The notes under the pieces were generated by a model. That model worked only from the letters and a program-made list of their open reading frames with translations, searched no databases and was not told the DNA's origin. A stretch of DNA of 64,000 nucleotides from Scenedesmus sp. PABB004 (taxonomy: Eukaryota), in assembly GCA_014905635.1 (NCBI GenBank), contig JABVCE010000004.1:1054001-1118000 (forward strand), read 5' to 3'. Made by a program: the position numbers and the translations under genes. Positions 36,937 through 49,000 of this stretch are shown here, in pieces. The first letter of the stretch is position 1. Each line of letters starts with the position of its first letter.

Positions 36937-38933
36937 TCAGCTCGGCTCGCCGCCGCCGCCGCCGCGCGGCTCGCCGCCGCCGCCGCCGCCCGGCGGCGCG
37001 TGGCTCGCGGGCGAGTTGATCATGAACACCGCGGCGAGCGTGACGCCCGCGCCGGCGAGCTGCAGCGGCGTGAGCGTCTCGCCGAGCGCGAGGAAGCCCG
37101 CGCCCGCGGCAAACATGGGCGTCAGGAAGGTGAGCGAGCTGATTGCGGTCAGGCTGCCGTGCGTGGCCTCATAGAAAAAGATACCGTAGCTCGCCGCGCC
37201 GCCGAGCAGCGACACGTACGCCATCGCGGCGGCGTCGCGGCCGTCAAAGAGCGCCAGCCGCGACGCGAGCTCGCCGCCGCCGGCGGCCGCGTCCGACGCG
37301 AGCGCGGCCGCGCCGAGCAGCGCGCCGCCGAGGACCATGTGCCACGCGGTCGCCATCACCGGGTCGGCGTGCTTCGTCACCCACCTGCCGGCCGGCGGCG
37401 GCGGCGGCGGGCGGCGGCGGCGGCGCGTGGGCAGCGGCGGCGGCGCACGCGCGCGGGCGGGCGGCCCGCTGCGCCGCGCGCTGCGCCGCGGAGCGGCGAC
37501 GGCGCCGTGCGCCCGACGGCGCCGTGCCGGGCCGGCGCGTGCGCACACCTGACCATGACTGTGCCCACCGCCATCGACTGCGCGGCGAGCAGCATCCAGA
37601 ACTCGCCGCTGTCCAGCAGGCTCCAGCCGCCGGCGCCGCCGCCCGCCGCGGCCGCCGCGGCCGCCGGCGCCGCCGGCGCCGCGAGCAGCGCGGCGCCCTC
37701 CGGCGCGCCGCCGCCGAGCAGCGCCGCCGCGCCGGCGAGCGCGTCCGGCGGCACCTCCAGCAGCAGCAGCCCCGCGACGCCGATGAAGAGCCCCGCAACG
37801 CCCACGCCGCTGAGGGCCTCGCCAAACAGCAGCGCCGCGAGCAGCGCGACGCTCAAGGGCTGGCTGTCGATGATGACCGAGCCCAGCCCCGCGCTGGTGC
37901 GCTGCAGGCCCTCCGCCAGGAAGCCCTGCGGCGCGGCGCGGCGGCGCGGTCGGCACGGCCCGAGGAGCGCCGCGGCGCGGCCGCCGGCGCGGGCGGGCGG
38001 GGCCCCCTCCTCGCGTGGAGCCTCAAACCTCAGCCGCCTGCGCCGCCCACCTGGAACGCGGCGCCGTCGACCAGCCCGAACGCCAGGATCCACAGCCACG
38101 CCTCGGCCGTCTTGGGCTGCGGCCGGCCCGTGGCCGCCGCCCACGCGACGAGCGCGGCGCCCGCGGGCAGCAGCCGCATCGCGCCCAGCAGCAGCGGCGT
38201 CGTGTGCGCCGTGACGGGCTGCGCGGCGGGCGGCGTCGCGGTGGCGTCGCGGCGGCGTCGCGCGCAGCGCCGCGTCGCGCATCGGCCGCCGCCGCCCGCC
38301 GGCGTGCGCGGGTGTGCGGCCCGCCACGGCGGGCCGCCGCCGCACCTTCATGGCGACCATCGATGTCCCCCAGAAGAAGAAGGGAGAGACCAGCAGCGCC
38401 ACGCCGAGCAGCTGCGCGAGCGGGCCGTCGCCGCCCGCCGCGGCGGCCGCGGCGGTCGCCGGCCGCGGCGCCGCGGAGGCGCCGTCCGCGCCGCCGCCCG
38501 GGTCGTCGTCCGCGACGAAGCAGCTGGCGCCCATGCCCGTCTCGACGCACTCGATGTGCTGCCCCGGGCCGGCCGCGTCGTCGCTGAGCGCGAGCAGCGG
38601 CGCCGCCTGCCCCGCCGCCGCGTCCGCGCCGCGCGCCGGCGCCGCGCCGTCGGGCACCACGCACTCCACGTCCATGCCAGTCGCCACGCAGTCGATGCGC
38701 GGCGCCGCCGGCTGCTCCGCCGGCGCGCCGCCGCCGCCGTTGCCGCTGCCGGCGGCGCCCGCCGGCGGCGCGGGCGCCGCCTGCCGCACCTCTCGGCCAG
38801 CGGACGCTGGCAGGCAGCGCCGCCGCCGCGCGGCGCCCGCCACGGCGCGGCGGGCGCGGGGCAGCAGCGCGGCGCTGCTGCTGCGTCCGCTGCCGCACGC
38901 CGCGGCTGCGGGCCGCCCCGGTCGCAGGATCAT
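36937..38933 (-). CDS. Plastid EamA/DMT transporter (WAT1-related, At3g02690-like)
   Basis: LLVSPFFFWGTSMVAMK, FQGFLAEGLQRTSAGLGSVIIDSQPL, SGEFWMLLAAQSMAVGTVMVR, DPVMATAWHM, SLTAISSLTFLTPMFA. Confidence 0.92.
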
Positions 38934-39325
38934 GGTGCTGCGCGCCTCCTGGTTGGCGGCGCTGCTGCTGCGGTCCTGGGGCGGCGGCGGGAGGCGCGAG
39001 GGCCGCGGCGGAGCGCCGTCTTCGCGGCGCAACGTGGGGCGGGCGCGCCTGGCGCGGAGATGCGCGCGGTTGTTCTGGTCGCGCCCGCGGGAGCCCGCCA
39101 GGCAGCAGGGTTTGACAGGCGCTTGCGCCGCCGCGGCGCTGCTTTGTGGCCGCGCCGCCCGGCCCAGGCGCCCACACCGCCCTCCCCCCCCCATCTCCAC
39201 CGCGCCCGTGCCGACAGACAGCAGCATTAGCAGCCGTGCCGGCGCGTGGTGCGCGCGCTGTGCGACACAGCAGCGGCCCGAGCAGCGGCGGTGCGCCGCC
39301 GCTCCATGCGGCGGCGGCGCGCGCC

Positions 39326-40770
39326 ATGAGCAAGCACGGGCGGGATGAATCGCCCGAGCGGGAGCGCCTGGGCTGGATCGCGTCGTCGTCGCAGCCCGCG
39401 AAGCGGGCGCGCACGATCGAGGGTGCGGCGCAGCTGCCGCCGCCGTCGCGGCGTGCCTCGGCGCCTCACCCCGCCCCCAACACACCCGCCCGCGCCGCGC
39501 CCGCAGGCGTGAGCGGCAAGGGCGTGGTGGAGCTGCAGGCGCAGCTCTACCGCGCGCAAGAGGCGGCGCGGCTGCGCGCCGAGGGTGGCGGCGGCGACCC
39601 CGCCGACCGGCACTTCCGCCGCAAAGCGGGTGCGCAGCCGCGAGTCTGCCGGCACGCCGCGCGGCGGCGTGCTGCCGGTCCGACGCTCGCCCGTCGCCGC
39701 CGCGCCGGCGTCGCCGCAGGCATCGACGTCGCGGCCATCAAGAACCCTGGCGTCGAGGCGCGCGAGGCGCGGGACAAGGCGCTCACGCTGCGCACGGCCG
39801 GCGACGGCCCCGAGCGCCTCGCCGAGAGCAGCGCCGCGCTCGCGCGCAAGGCCGCCCTGTACGACCGCCTCGCGCGCGGGCAGGCGCCGGACGAGGAGGA
39901 GAAATACGAGGTGCGCCGCGGGGAGGCAACCGCCGCGGGGCCGCACGCGCTGCTGGCACGCACGCGCTGCTGGCACGCATGCGCTGCTGGCACGCACCCG
40001 CTGCTGGCACGCACGCGCTGCTGGCACGCACGCGCTGCTGGCCGCCGCCGACGGCCGGGTGGGCGGGCAGCCGGGGGGGCGGCGCCGGGCGCCCACGCCG
40101 GGGGCGGGGCGCGGCGCAGGTGGAGTTTTGGCGCAAGGGCGCGTCGCACCAGGAGGAGGAGCGCGACGCCGAGTGGCTGGCGGAGCAGCGCCGCGAGGGC
40201 CACGGCCGCGGCGGCGCCGTGGACGTGGCGGGCGAGGCGCTGGACGGCAGCGGGGCGATGATGAGCGAGGACCTGGCGCGGTGCGATGCGGCGGCGGCGG
40301 CGGCGGCGGCGGCAGCGCTGCACGGCGGGCGCGGGGCGCGGCCGTGACGAGCGCGCGCGCATGCGCACGCAGGGAGCGCGAGCGGCGCGAGTGGGAGGAG
40401 CGCGAGGCGGCGCTGGCGGCAGCGGCGGAGGAGGAGGACGCGCGGCGCGCCGCGCGGCGCGCGGCGGTCAAGGAGCTGAGCGGCATCACGCAGGTGCGGC
40501 GCCGTGCCGCGCGCTGTGCGTGCTGTGCGGGCACGGCACGCCCCGGCAGCCCGAGGGCGCCGCGCGCGCACCGACCGCCGGCCGCGCCGCGCCGCGCAGG
40601 CGGTGCGCGAGGCCGCGGCCGAGGCGCGCGCGGTGCGCGAGGAGGCGCTCGCGGCCAAGCGCGCAAAGCTCAAGGCCGCGTTCGTGAGCCAGCAGATCGC
40701 GGCGCTGAAGCAGAAGCAGCAGCAGAAGCAGCAGAAGAAGGGCGGCCCCGGCGGCGCCGGCGCCAAGTGA
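39326..40770 (+). CDS. CCDC174-like coiled-coil nuclear protein
   Basis: LGWIASSSQPAKRARTIEGV...VVELQAQLY...KNPGVEAREARD...ALARKAALYDRLARG...EKYEVEFWRKG. TGTAA at 40833-40837. Confidence 0.8.
39943..40040. repeat. Intronic 17-nt minisatellite, about 6 copies
   Basis: gcacgcacgcgctgctg units head to tail with no spacers. Confidence 0.88.
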
Positions 40771-41065
40771 GGGCACGGCCGCGGGCGCGGCGCGCGCGGC
40801 CGGCAGCCTTCTGTTGCCGGCCGCGCGGCGGTTGTAAGGGGAGCACGCTCGCTTGGCGCCCGCCGGGCGCCGCACCCCGCGCCGGCGCGCGCGCACCCGC
40901 ACAGCCCCCGGCGGCGGCGCAGGGCGCAGCCGCGCCGCTGCCGCCCTCGCCCGCCGCTGCCGGACGCGGCGCGCCTGCCCGCCCGCCCGCCACTCCCCGA
41001 GCGCCCGGCGCCACCGGCAGCACTCGCCTCCGCTGCCCGCGCGCGCCCGGCGCCCCGGCAGCACC

Positions 41066-43915
41066 ATGCTGCTCTCCACGCTCGCGCGGCAGCAGGGCCC
41101 GCTGGCCCAGCTCGCCGTGCGGGCCTTTGGCAGCGCTGCGGTCGAGGTGGCGAGCGGCAGCCCCTTCCTGCGCTTCAGCAACCCCTTCCCCGCGGCCATC
41201 GACCATACGCCGCTGCTGTCCAGCGTCCCCGACACCGAGGTGCGCGCCGCGGGTGCTGACGGTGGCGGGGGGCGCGAGAATTGGGCGACGCCGGCGGCGC
41301 GGCCGCGGGCGGCGCGCCTGGGGGGCGGGGGAGGGCGCCTCGGATCGGGCGCCGCTCGGCGTGGTAGATCGCCGCCCCGCGTGCGCGCCTCGCCGCGGCG
41401 CGTGGCGCACCGCGACGGGGCCCGCCGTGCCCACGCGCAGGTGTCCACGCTGGGCAACGGCCTCCGCATCGCGACCGAGGCCAACCCCTTCGCGGAGACG
41501 GCCACCGTGGGCATCTGGATCAACTCCGGCAGCCGCTTCGAGACGGACGCCAACAATGGCACCGCCCACTTCCTGGAGCATATCCTGTTCAAGGGCACCA
41601 AGGCGCGCGCCGGGCGGCAGCAGCAGCGGCAGCAGCGGCGGCAGCAGCGGCCGCGCGCGCGGGCCCAGCGCGGGGCTGGCGCGGCCGCCGGTTCGGCGGC
41701 GGCGCAGCGGTGGCAGCGGCGGCGCGGCGGCGACAGCGGCGGCGCGGTGGCGCGGCGGCGCAGCGGCGGCGGCAGCCGCGGCGGCGCTCACCCGCGCGCG
41801 GCGCCGCCCGCGCGTGCGCGCGCAGAGCCGCACGGTGAAGGACCTGGAGGTGGAGATTGAGAACATGGGCGGCAGCCTCAACGCCTACACCGGCCGCGAG
41901 CAGACCTGCTACTACGCCAAGGTGGCCGCCGGGCGGCACGCGGCAGCGGCGGCGCCGGTGGCGGCTGCGGCAGCAGTGCGCCAGCGGCGGCAGCGGTCGC
42001 GTGCGGAGCGCGCACGCCTCGCAGCAGGAGACGGCGCAGGGCAGCTACGCCAGCAGCCGCGTCCCAGCAACCGCCACGCCTCCCGGCTGGTGGCAGCCGC
42101 AGCGCCGCCGCCGGCAGCAGCCCGGGCGCCCGCCAGCAGTCAGCCCCCTGCCCGCCCGCCGGCCCACCCGCGCACTCGCTCATGCACTCACGCACGCACG
42201 CGCGCTGCTGCCGTGCGTGTCCCAGGTGATGAAGAAGGACGTGGGCAAGGCGGTGGAGATCCTGGGCGACATCCTGCTCAACTCCAAGCTCGACGAGGGC
42301 GCGATCGTGCGCGAGCGCGACGTCATCCTGCGCGAGATGGAGGAGGTGCGGCCCCGCCGCACGCCCAGCGCACATCTCCGGCGCGCGCCCGCCTGCGGCG
42401 GCGAGCGCGCGCGTGCGCGCACGCACGGCGGCGGGCGCCGCAGCGGCGGGCGGACGGCGGCGGGCGCCGCCGCAGCGGCGGGCGGCGTGGCCGCGCGTGC
42501 TCACACGCATGCTCACGCGCGTCGCCGCGCGCGTGCACAGGTGAACAAGCAGACGAGCGAGCTCGTGTTTGACCACCTGCACGCGACCGCGTTCCAGCAC
42601 AGCCCGCTCGGGCGCACGATCCTGGGGCCCGAGGAGAACATCCGCAGCATCAGCCGGCAGGACCTGGTCGACTACATGGCCGCGCACTACCGCGGCCCGC
42701 GCATGGTGCTCGCCGCCGCGGGCGCGGTCGACCACGGCGCGCTGGTCAAGGCGGCCGAGAAGACGTTTGGCGCCGTGCCGGACGAGACGCCCGACACCAG
42801 CGTCGCGGCGCTCGTGGCCAAGGTGCGGCGGCGGGGGGCAGCCGGCGGCGGCGGCGGCTCGCTGCTGGGCAGCGGCGCGCGCGGCCGCCCGCGCCCGCGC
42901 TCATGCGCGCACCGCCGCGCCGCCCGCCCCGCCCGCGCCGCGCGCGCCCCGCGCCGCCGCCAGGAGCCGGCGATGTACACCGGCTCGTCGGTCATGGACC
43001 GCCACCCCGACACGGCGCAGTGCTGCGTCGCGGTCGCGTTCCGCGGCGCCGCGTGGACCGACCCCGACAGCGTGCCGCTCATGGTCATGCAGACGATGCT
43101 CGGCGGCTGGGACCGCAACAACACGAGCGGCAAGCACGCGGGCAGCCTGCTGACGCAGAAGATCGCGACCGACGAGCTCGCGGACGCCTACATGGCGTTC
43201 AACACCAACTACCACGACGCGGGGCTCTTCGGCGTCTACGCCGTCACCGACCGCGACCGCAGCCACGACCTCAGCTGGACGCTCATGTGCGCGGCGCGGG
43301 GCGCGCGGCGCGGGCCCTGCCGCCGCAGCGGGGAGGCGCGGGGCGGACGCGGGGCTGCGCCTGCGCGCGGGGGCGTGCTTGTTGCCGTCCGCCGCGCTCA
43401 CCGCTGGCGCCCGCTGCGCTTCGCTCTCCCTCCCTGCCTCCCTCCCTGCCTCCCTGCCTCTGCCCTGCCAGGAACGAGATGACCAAGATGTGCTACGAGG
43501 TGAAGGAGGCCGACGTGGCGCGCGCGCGCAACCAGCTCAAGGCCAGCCTGCTCTTCCTGCAGGACTCGAGCCAACGTGAGCGCCGCCGCAGCGAGCGACT
43601 GCCGCCGCGGCCGCACGCCCGCACGCCCGCGCCGCCGCCGCGCCCGCGCACACGCCCGCGCTGCCGCCGCACGTGCGCGCGCGCGCGCGCGCAGACGTGG
43701 CCGAGTCGATCGGGCGCGAGCTGCTCGTGTACGGGCGGCGCATGCCCAAGGCGGAGATGTTTGCGCGCATCGACGCGGTCGACGCCGACACGGTGCGCGC
43801 GGTGGCCGACCGCTTCATCTACGACCAGGACGTCGCGATCGCGGCGGTCGGGGACACGCAGTTTGTGCCCGACTACAACTGGTTCCGCCGCCGCACCTAC
43901 TGGATCCGCTACTGA
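41066..43915 (+). CDS. MPPB: Mitochondrial processing peptidase beta subunit / complex III core 1 (M16B)
   Basis: ATVGIWINSGSRFE...NGTAHFLEHILFKGT (HxxEH), LNAYTGREQT, RERDVILREMEE, FNTNYHDAGLFG, YNWFRRRTYWIRY*. Confidence 0.96.
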
Positions 43916-44236
43916 GCGGCCGCGCGGGCGCGGGCGGGCGCGCGGGCGGGGGCGGGGCGGTGGGGGAGCGCGAAGCAGGCGGGGAGTAGGTCGGCGCCGC
44001 GCGCGCGCGCGCGCGCGCGCGCGCGCCGTCAGCGCGGGCGCGGTGATGATGACGCAGCGGCGAGCGGGCGCGGCAGCGCCGCTGGCCCCGCGGAGCGGGC
44101 GGCGCGCGCCGCGGCGAGTAACTAAGTCCTCGCGGCCCCGCGGCGCGCGGGTCAAATGCGCAACCGCCGCGCTTGCCCGCCAGCTATTGATTGAGGCGCT
44201 CCATTCACCAACCTCCAAAGCAGACACACGAACACC

Positions 44237-45855
44237 ATGGCCCGGCGCGCCTGGCTGCTCGCGCTCGCGTGCGGCGCGGCGCTGCTGTTCGCGCGCGCGG
44301 CGGCGAGCGAGCAGCAGCCGTCCCCCGAGGGCGGCGACGCGGACTTCGCGTCGGGCAACACCTCCGTGCGCTTCCTGGGCCGCGCTGCCAAGTTTGTGGC
44401 CGGCGCCGCCGGGGCCGACAACGCAACCAGCTTTCTGCGCGTCGAATTTAGCCGCGTCACGGAGCTCGACGGCAGCGGCAGGGCCGTCTCCGGGAGGCGC
44501 ATCGCGAGCCTGGCGGCCGAGCGGCCGCTGCTGAGCGCAGGTGCGCGCGTTCTCCGCTGCGCCGCGCCGCTTTGACCGCCGCGGCTGAGCGCAGCCCGCC
44601 CCGTTTTGACCGCAGGCACGCAGCTGGTCGACGCCAAGAACGTGAGCTACGCGCTGCTGGAGCTGCCGCTCGCCAACGTGAGCGGCCTCGAGCGCGCTTG
44701 CCCGGGCGGCGCGGACGCGCTGCCGAGCGCGGAAGAGTTTGCGGCCGGGCGCCTGGCGATCCGGGTGCTCTTCGGGATGACCGAGGACACCACCTTCCCG
44801 TACGGCCTGAACAACTCCCTCGTCGCGCCGGCAAACTCGACCAAGTTCAAGTGAGCGCGGGCCCGCGCAGAAAGGCGGTGTCCAGAGGCAGGCGCCGCCG
44901 GCGCCCCGCGCGCGCTGCGCGCGCTCACCCAAGCACCCTTGCGCCGCCGCCTCCGCGGCCGGCCGCAGCATCGAAGTGGAGGCCTGGCCCTTCTGCGGCG
45001 CGGATCACTCGCTGGAGGTGGACCTGGTGATCAGGACAGGCGCCCCGACCGCCTCGCCAAAGCTCACCAACCGCACCGACGACGGCGAGGGCGGCGACGA
45101 GGGCACGGGTGCGCCGCGCGCCGCGGCCCCCGCCCGAAGCCGCCGCGCCGCGCCCCACCCGCCGCGCTGCGCCGACTCGCCGCCCCTCGCCAGACGCGCC
45201 GGAGCTGGACGGCGGCAGCGCCAACGGCACCAGCGCCAACGAGACCAGCGGCGCGCCCGCGAGGCGCAAGCTACTCGCGCCCGCCGCCGGCCACGCGGGC
45301 CCGGGCAACGACACGCCCAACGGCGGCGCGGGTGGGCGGCCGCAGCCCGGCTCGGGCGCCGGGCCCCACGCGGGCGGCGCCGGCGGCGGCGGCAGCGCGC
45401 GTCCGCAGCCCGGCTCAGGCGCCGGGCCCGCCGCAGGCGGCGCCGGCGGCGGCGGCGCCGGCGGCGGCGGCGGCCGGCCGCGCCGCCCGCGCGACCCCCG
45501 CGTCTCCGGCCGCGCGGAGCGCCGCGTCGCGCTGCTGACGGGCGAGGCCGCGACGGCGGCGACGCTCGACCTGTCGAGCTATGCCTACGACGCCGTCGAC
45601 GGCAGCGAGCTGCTTAACGTGACCACCGCGGTCGAGCCGCGCGGCGCAGACGTGCTCATCACGCTCGGCTTCCCGGCCGCGCCGCGAGTCTATTACGACC
45701 CCACCATACAGACTGCTGTGCCCGCGGCCGACGCGGGCTATACGTCGGCGGAGGTCGCGGCGGCGGTGGCGGCCGGCAACGGCGCGGCGCGCCGCGGCGG
45801 CGGCGTGACCGCGGCACTTGCGGGGGGCCTGCTGCTCGCGGCGGCGCTGCTGTAG
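44237..45855 (+). CDS. Secreted, N-glycosylated, probably GPI/tail-anchored protein (SAARP-like fold suspected)
   Basis: Signal peptide, several N-x-S/T sites, KFNIEVEAWPFC and FPAAPRVYYDPTI motifs, Gly/Pro linker, hydrophobic C-terminus ending at the stop. Confidence 0.75.
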
Positions 45856-46011
45856 GCGGCGGCCGAGGGGCGGCGGGGGTGACTTTTTCGACTCGGACAG
45901 CTGCCGGCAGCAGGGGGTGGCAGCATAGCTCGGGCACCGGGCGGCGGCGCCGCTGCGACGGAGGCAGGGGAGAGCGAGGGGCGCACAGACTGTCGGTAAC
46001 ACATGCCCGCC

Positions 46012-49000
46012 TCACGCTGCGACCGAGCGCCGCAGCACAGCCGCCAGCCAGGCCGCGAGGCCGGCGTCGGTGGCTCGCAGCCCGCCCTCGACGTCGAGCA
46101 GACCCTCGATCTTCGTCCAAGTGCCCGCGCTCCGCCAGTCCAGCTCCGCGACGCCGCCACCCCCGGCACCGCCTGCCGCCGGCGCCGGGGGCGGCGCGCC
46201 CTTGTTGGCCGCGGCGGCACCGGGCGGGGCGCCACCGGGCGGCGCCGGCGCTGCGGCGGGCGCCGCCGCCGGTGCGGCCGGCAGCTCCTCCGGCGGCGCC
46301 GGCAGGTCGTCCTCGGCCACGCCGCCCAGCAGGCCCTCCAGGGCGTGCTTGGCCGCCGCCAGCTCATCCGGCGCGGGCCGCGCGACGAGGTCGGAGGGCC
46401 GCCCGGGGCACTCGAGGCGGCGCCGCAGCGACTTGACCTGCGCGCAACGCGCGGCGCGGCGCGGTGGGGGGCCGGGTGGGCCGGGCTGGGCGCACAGCGT
46501 GTGCTGCGGCGCCACGGACGACGCGCCGCTGTCTCACCAGCAGCTGGACGCGCTTCAGGCGCTCCAGGCCGACAACCACCTCGCCCGCCAGCGGCGCGGC
46601 CTGCGCCGCCGCGGGCGCCGGCGCCTGCGCGCCCTTGCGGTCCGTGCGGGGGCTGCCGCCTGGCGCCGCGGCGGCGGGGCTGCCACCGCTCGCTGGCGGG
46701 CGGAGCACGTAGAGGCAGCTGGCAAAGCTGGGCAGCTCTGGTAGCGCCGCGAGCGACTGCGCCGTCACGGGCGCCGGCGCCGGCGGCAGGCTGCCGTCGC
46801 TGCGCCAGCTCGCCGGCGCCTGCCACAAGCAGTCTTGGCGGTGCCACTGCACCAGCACGGCACCTGCGGGGCGCACGGGCGGGCCAGGATGCGCGTGGCG
46901 CGGCGCGGCAGGGCGTGAGCTGCACTGCGCGCGCGCGGCGTGCCCGGCCGCGCGTTGGCCCGCCGCCAACGCTGGCCGCCGCTCCTCACCCGCGGCCAGC
47001 GCCGTGCCGGCCGCCGCTGCTGGCCCCACAGCCGGCGCCTCGGCCCAGCAGCAGTCCGCCACCAGGCGAGGACAGGCGGTCTTGAGCGCAGGGTGCAGCG
47101 CGGCCGCCTGCGCCGCCGCAATCTCGCGCTCGCCCAGGCCACCCAGGCCCTCGGCGGCGGCTGACAGGAGCTGTGTCAAGACGCCCACCGCCAGCCGTCC
47201 CAGCGTGGCGTCAGGCACGGCGTCTCCAGCTGTGAGGCCGCCGCTGTCGTGCGGCGACGGCTCCTGCTTCTTGGGCGAGCGCGCCCCCGCCGGCCGCCCA
47301 GCCCCGGCAGCCGCCAGGGCAGCTGCCTCAGCCGCCGCCGCCTGCTGGGCGCGCGCGAGCTGTTCCTCGCCGCGCGCGCGCTCCAGCAGCCAGCCTGGCA
47401 GCGCGGTGGACGGGCTGTTGACGGGCTGCAGCGTGTGCGGCGCGAGGCACAGCACGCGCGCATGGCCCGCCGTCGTCTGCGCCGCCTGCAGCGCCGCGGC
47501 CATCTGCCGCAGCGCCGTGCCCGGCGCGTCCGGCGCCTCGCCGCCGCACAGCTGGTGGCGAGCCAGGGCCGCCGCCGCCAGCTCCAGCAGCGCCGTCCGC
47601 AGCGCCACGGGGCCGGCGCCGCCGCCGTCGGCCGCCAGGCACTGCACCGCGCCGGCCAGCAGCGCCGTCGCCTCGTCCAGGCGCGCGAGCTGCAGCTCGA
47701 TGCCGCGGCTCTGGCCCACCGCCGCAGCGGACGGGGGAGGCGCGTCGCCGCCGGCGGCCGCCCCGCGCGCGGCCTTGGAGGTGGCCGGCAGCTGCAGCCC
47801 CGCCTGCAGGCGCAGCACCTGCGCGAGCTGCGTGGCCGCCGCGGCGCGAGCCGCGGGCAGGCTGCGGCAGCGGCCCAGCAGGCCCGCCGCGCCGCGCAGG
47901 TGGCGCTCCGCCGACGCCAGCTGGCAGCGCCGCGTGGCTGCGCCGGCGGCCAGCAGCAGCGCCGACGCGTGCGCGGCCGTGGCCGGCAGGTATATGTTGA
48001 CCAGCTCGGGGCGCTGCTGCGCCTCGTCCAGCCCCATCGCCGTCGCCCGGCGGCAGCTCAGCTCCAGCGCTGCGGCCGCCAGCGCGTCGACCTCGCCACG
48101 CGCGCCCACGGCCTCACACAGCAGCGCGGCGTCCAGCTGCAGCGACAGCAGCAGCGGCCCCTCCAGCGCCAGCAGCCGCAGCCTGGGCGCGCGCAGGCGT
48201 GCGGCGGCAGCGCAGGGTGAGCGCGGAGAAGGCGCCGCCACATCGCACTGGCAGCAGCGCGCCCCGGCCTACCAACCCGCCTGGCCATGGCATCGCGCAG
48301 GCGGTTGAGTGCCGCGACCGCGTCGCCCTGCGCCGCCTGCGCGTTCGCCGCCAGCTGCTGCAGCCGCGCAGCCCAGGCCGAGGCGCCCACAGCCTCGGCG
48401 TCCTCCAGCGCCCGCGCAGCGACGGCGACGGCCGCGGGGTGGTGCCGCAGCGCCAGCAGCGCGCGCGCCAGCTGCACGCGCCGCGGGGGGCGGCCGGCGG
48501 CGTCAGCGGCCGCGCGCGAGTCCGGCGGAGCCGTCGCCGGAGCCGCCCCCCTCCCCCAAGCGCCGCACCTGCCAGCGCGCCGCCAGCCACGTGCCAGGCC
48601 GCAGCACGGCGCGTTCGACCGCGTCGTCGCCCCCACTGCTGCCGGCGCCGCCGCCGCCGCCGTCGGCGGCCCTTGCGCTGCCGATGGCAGCGCTGGCAGC
48701 GAGGCACAGCTGCAGCGCCGCGCCCGGCATCCATCGCGCCATCTCAACCTGCGAGGCGGGCGCAGTCAGCGGGCGCGCAAAAGTGGCACTGCGTGCGCGC
48801 TCGGCAGCCCCCGCACCTCGGCGAGGCGCAGCAGGCCCTCGACCACCAGCTGCTGGTGCTGCGCCGCGCCGTCGCCGCCCGCGCCCGCCTTGCCGCCAGC
48901 GTCGCCGGCCGCGGCCGCCGCACCGGCCCCGCCGTGATGCTGTCGGTCGGCTGCTTTGCCGCCCTTGGCACCCTTGCTGCCCCTGGGCGCAGCGGCCTTG

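Noticed and set aside
39943..40040. Possible CRISPR-like array
   Set aside because: Head-to-tail 17-mers with no unique spacers, inside an intron; no cas genes.
43999..44026. (GC)n run as a functional Z-DNA element
   Set aside because: Such runs are common throughout this sequence; nothing specific supports a function.
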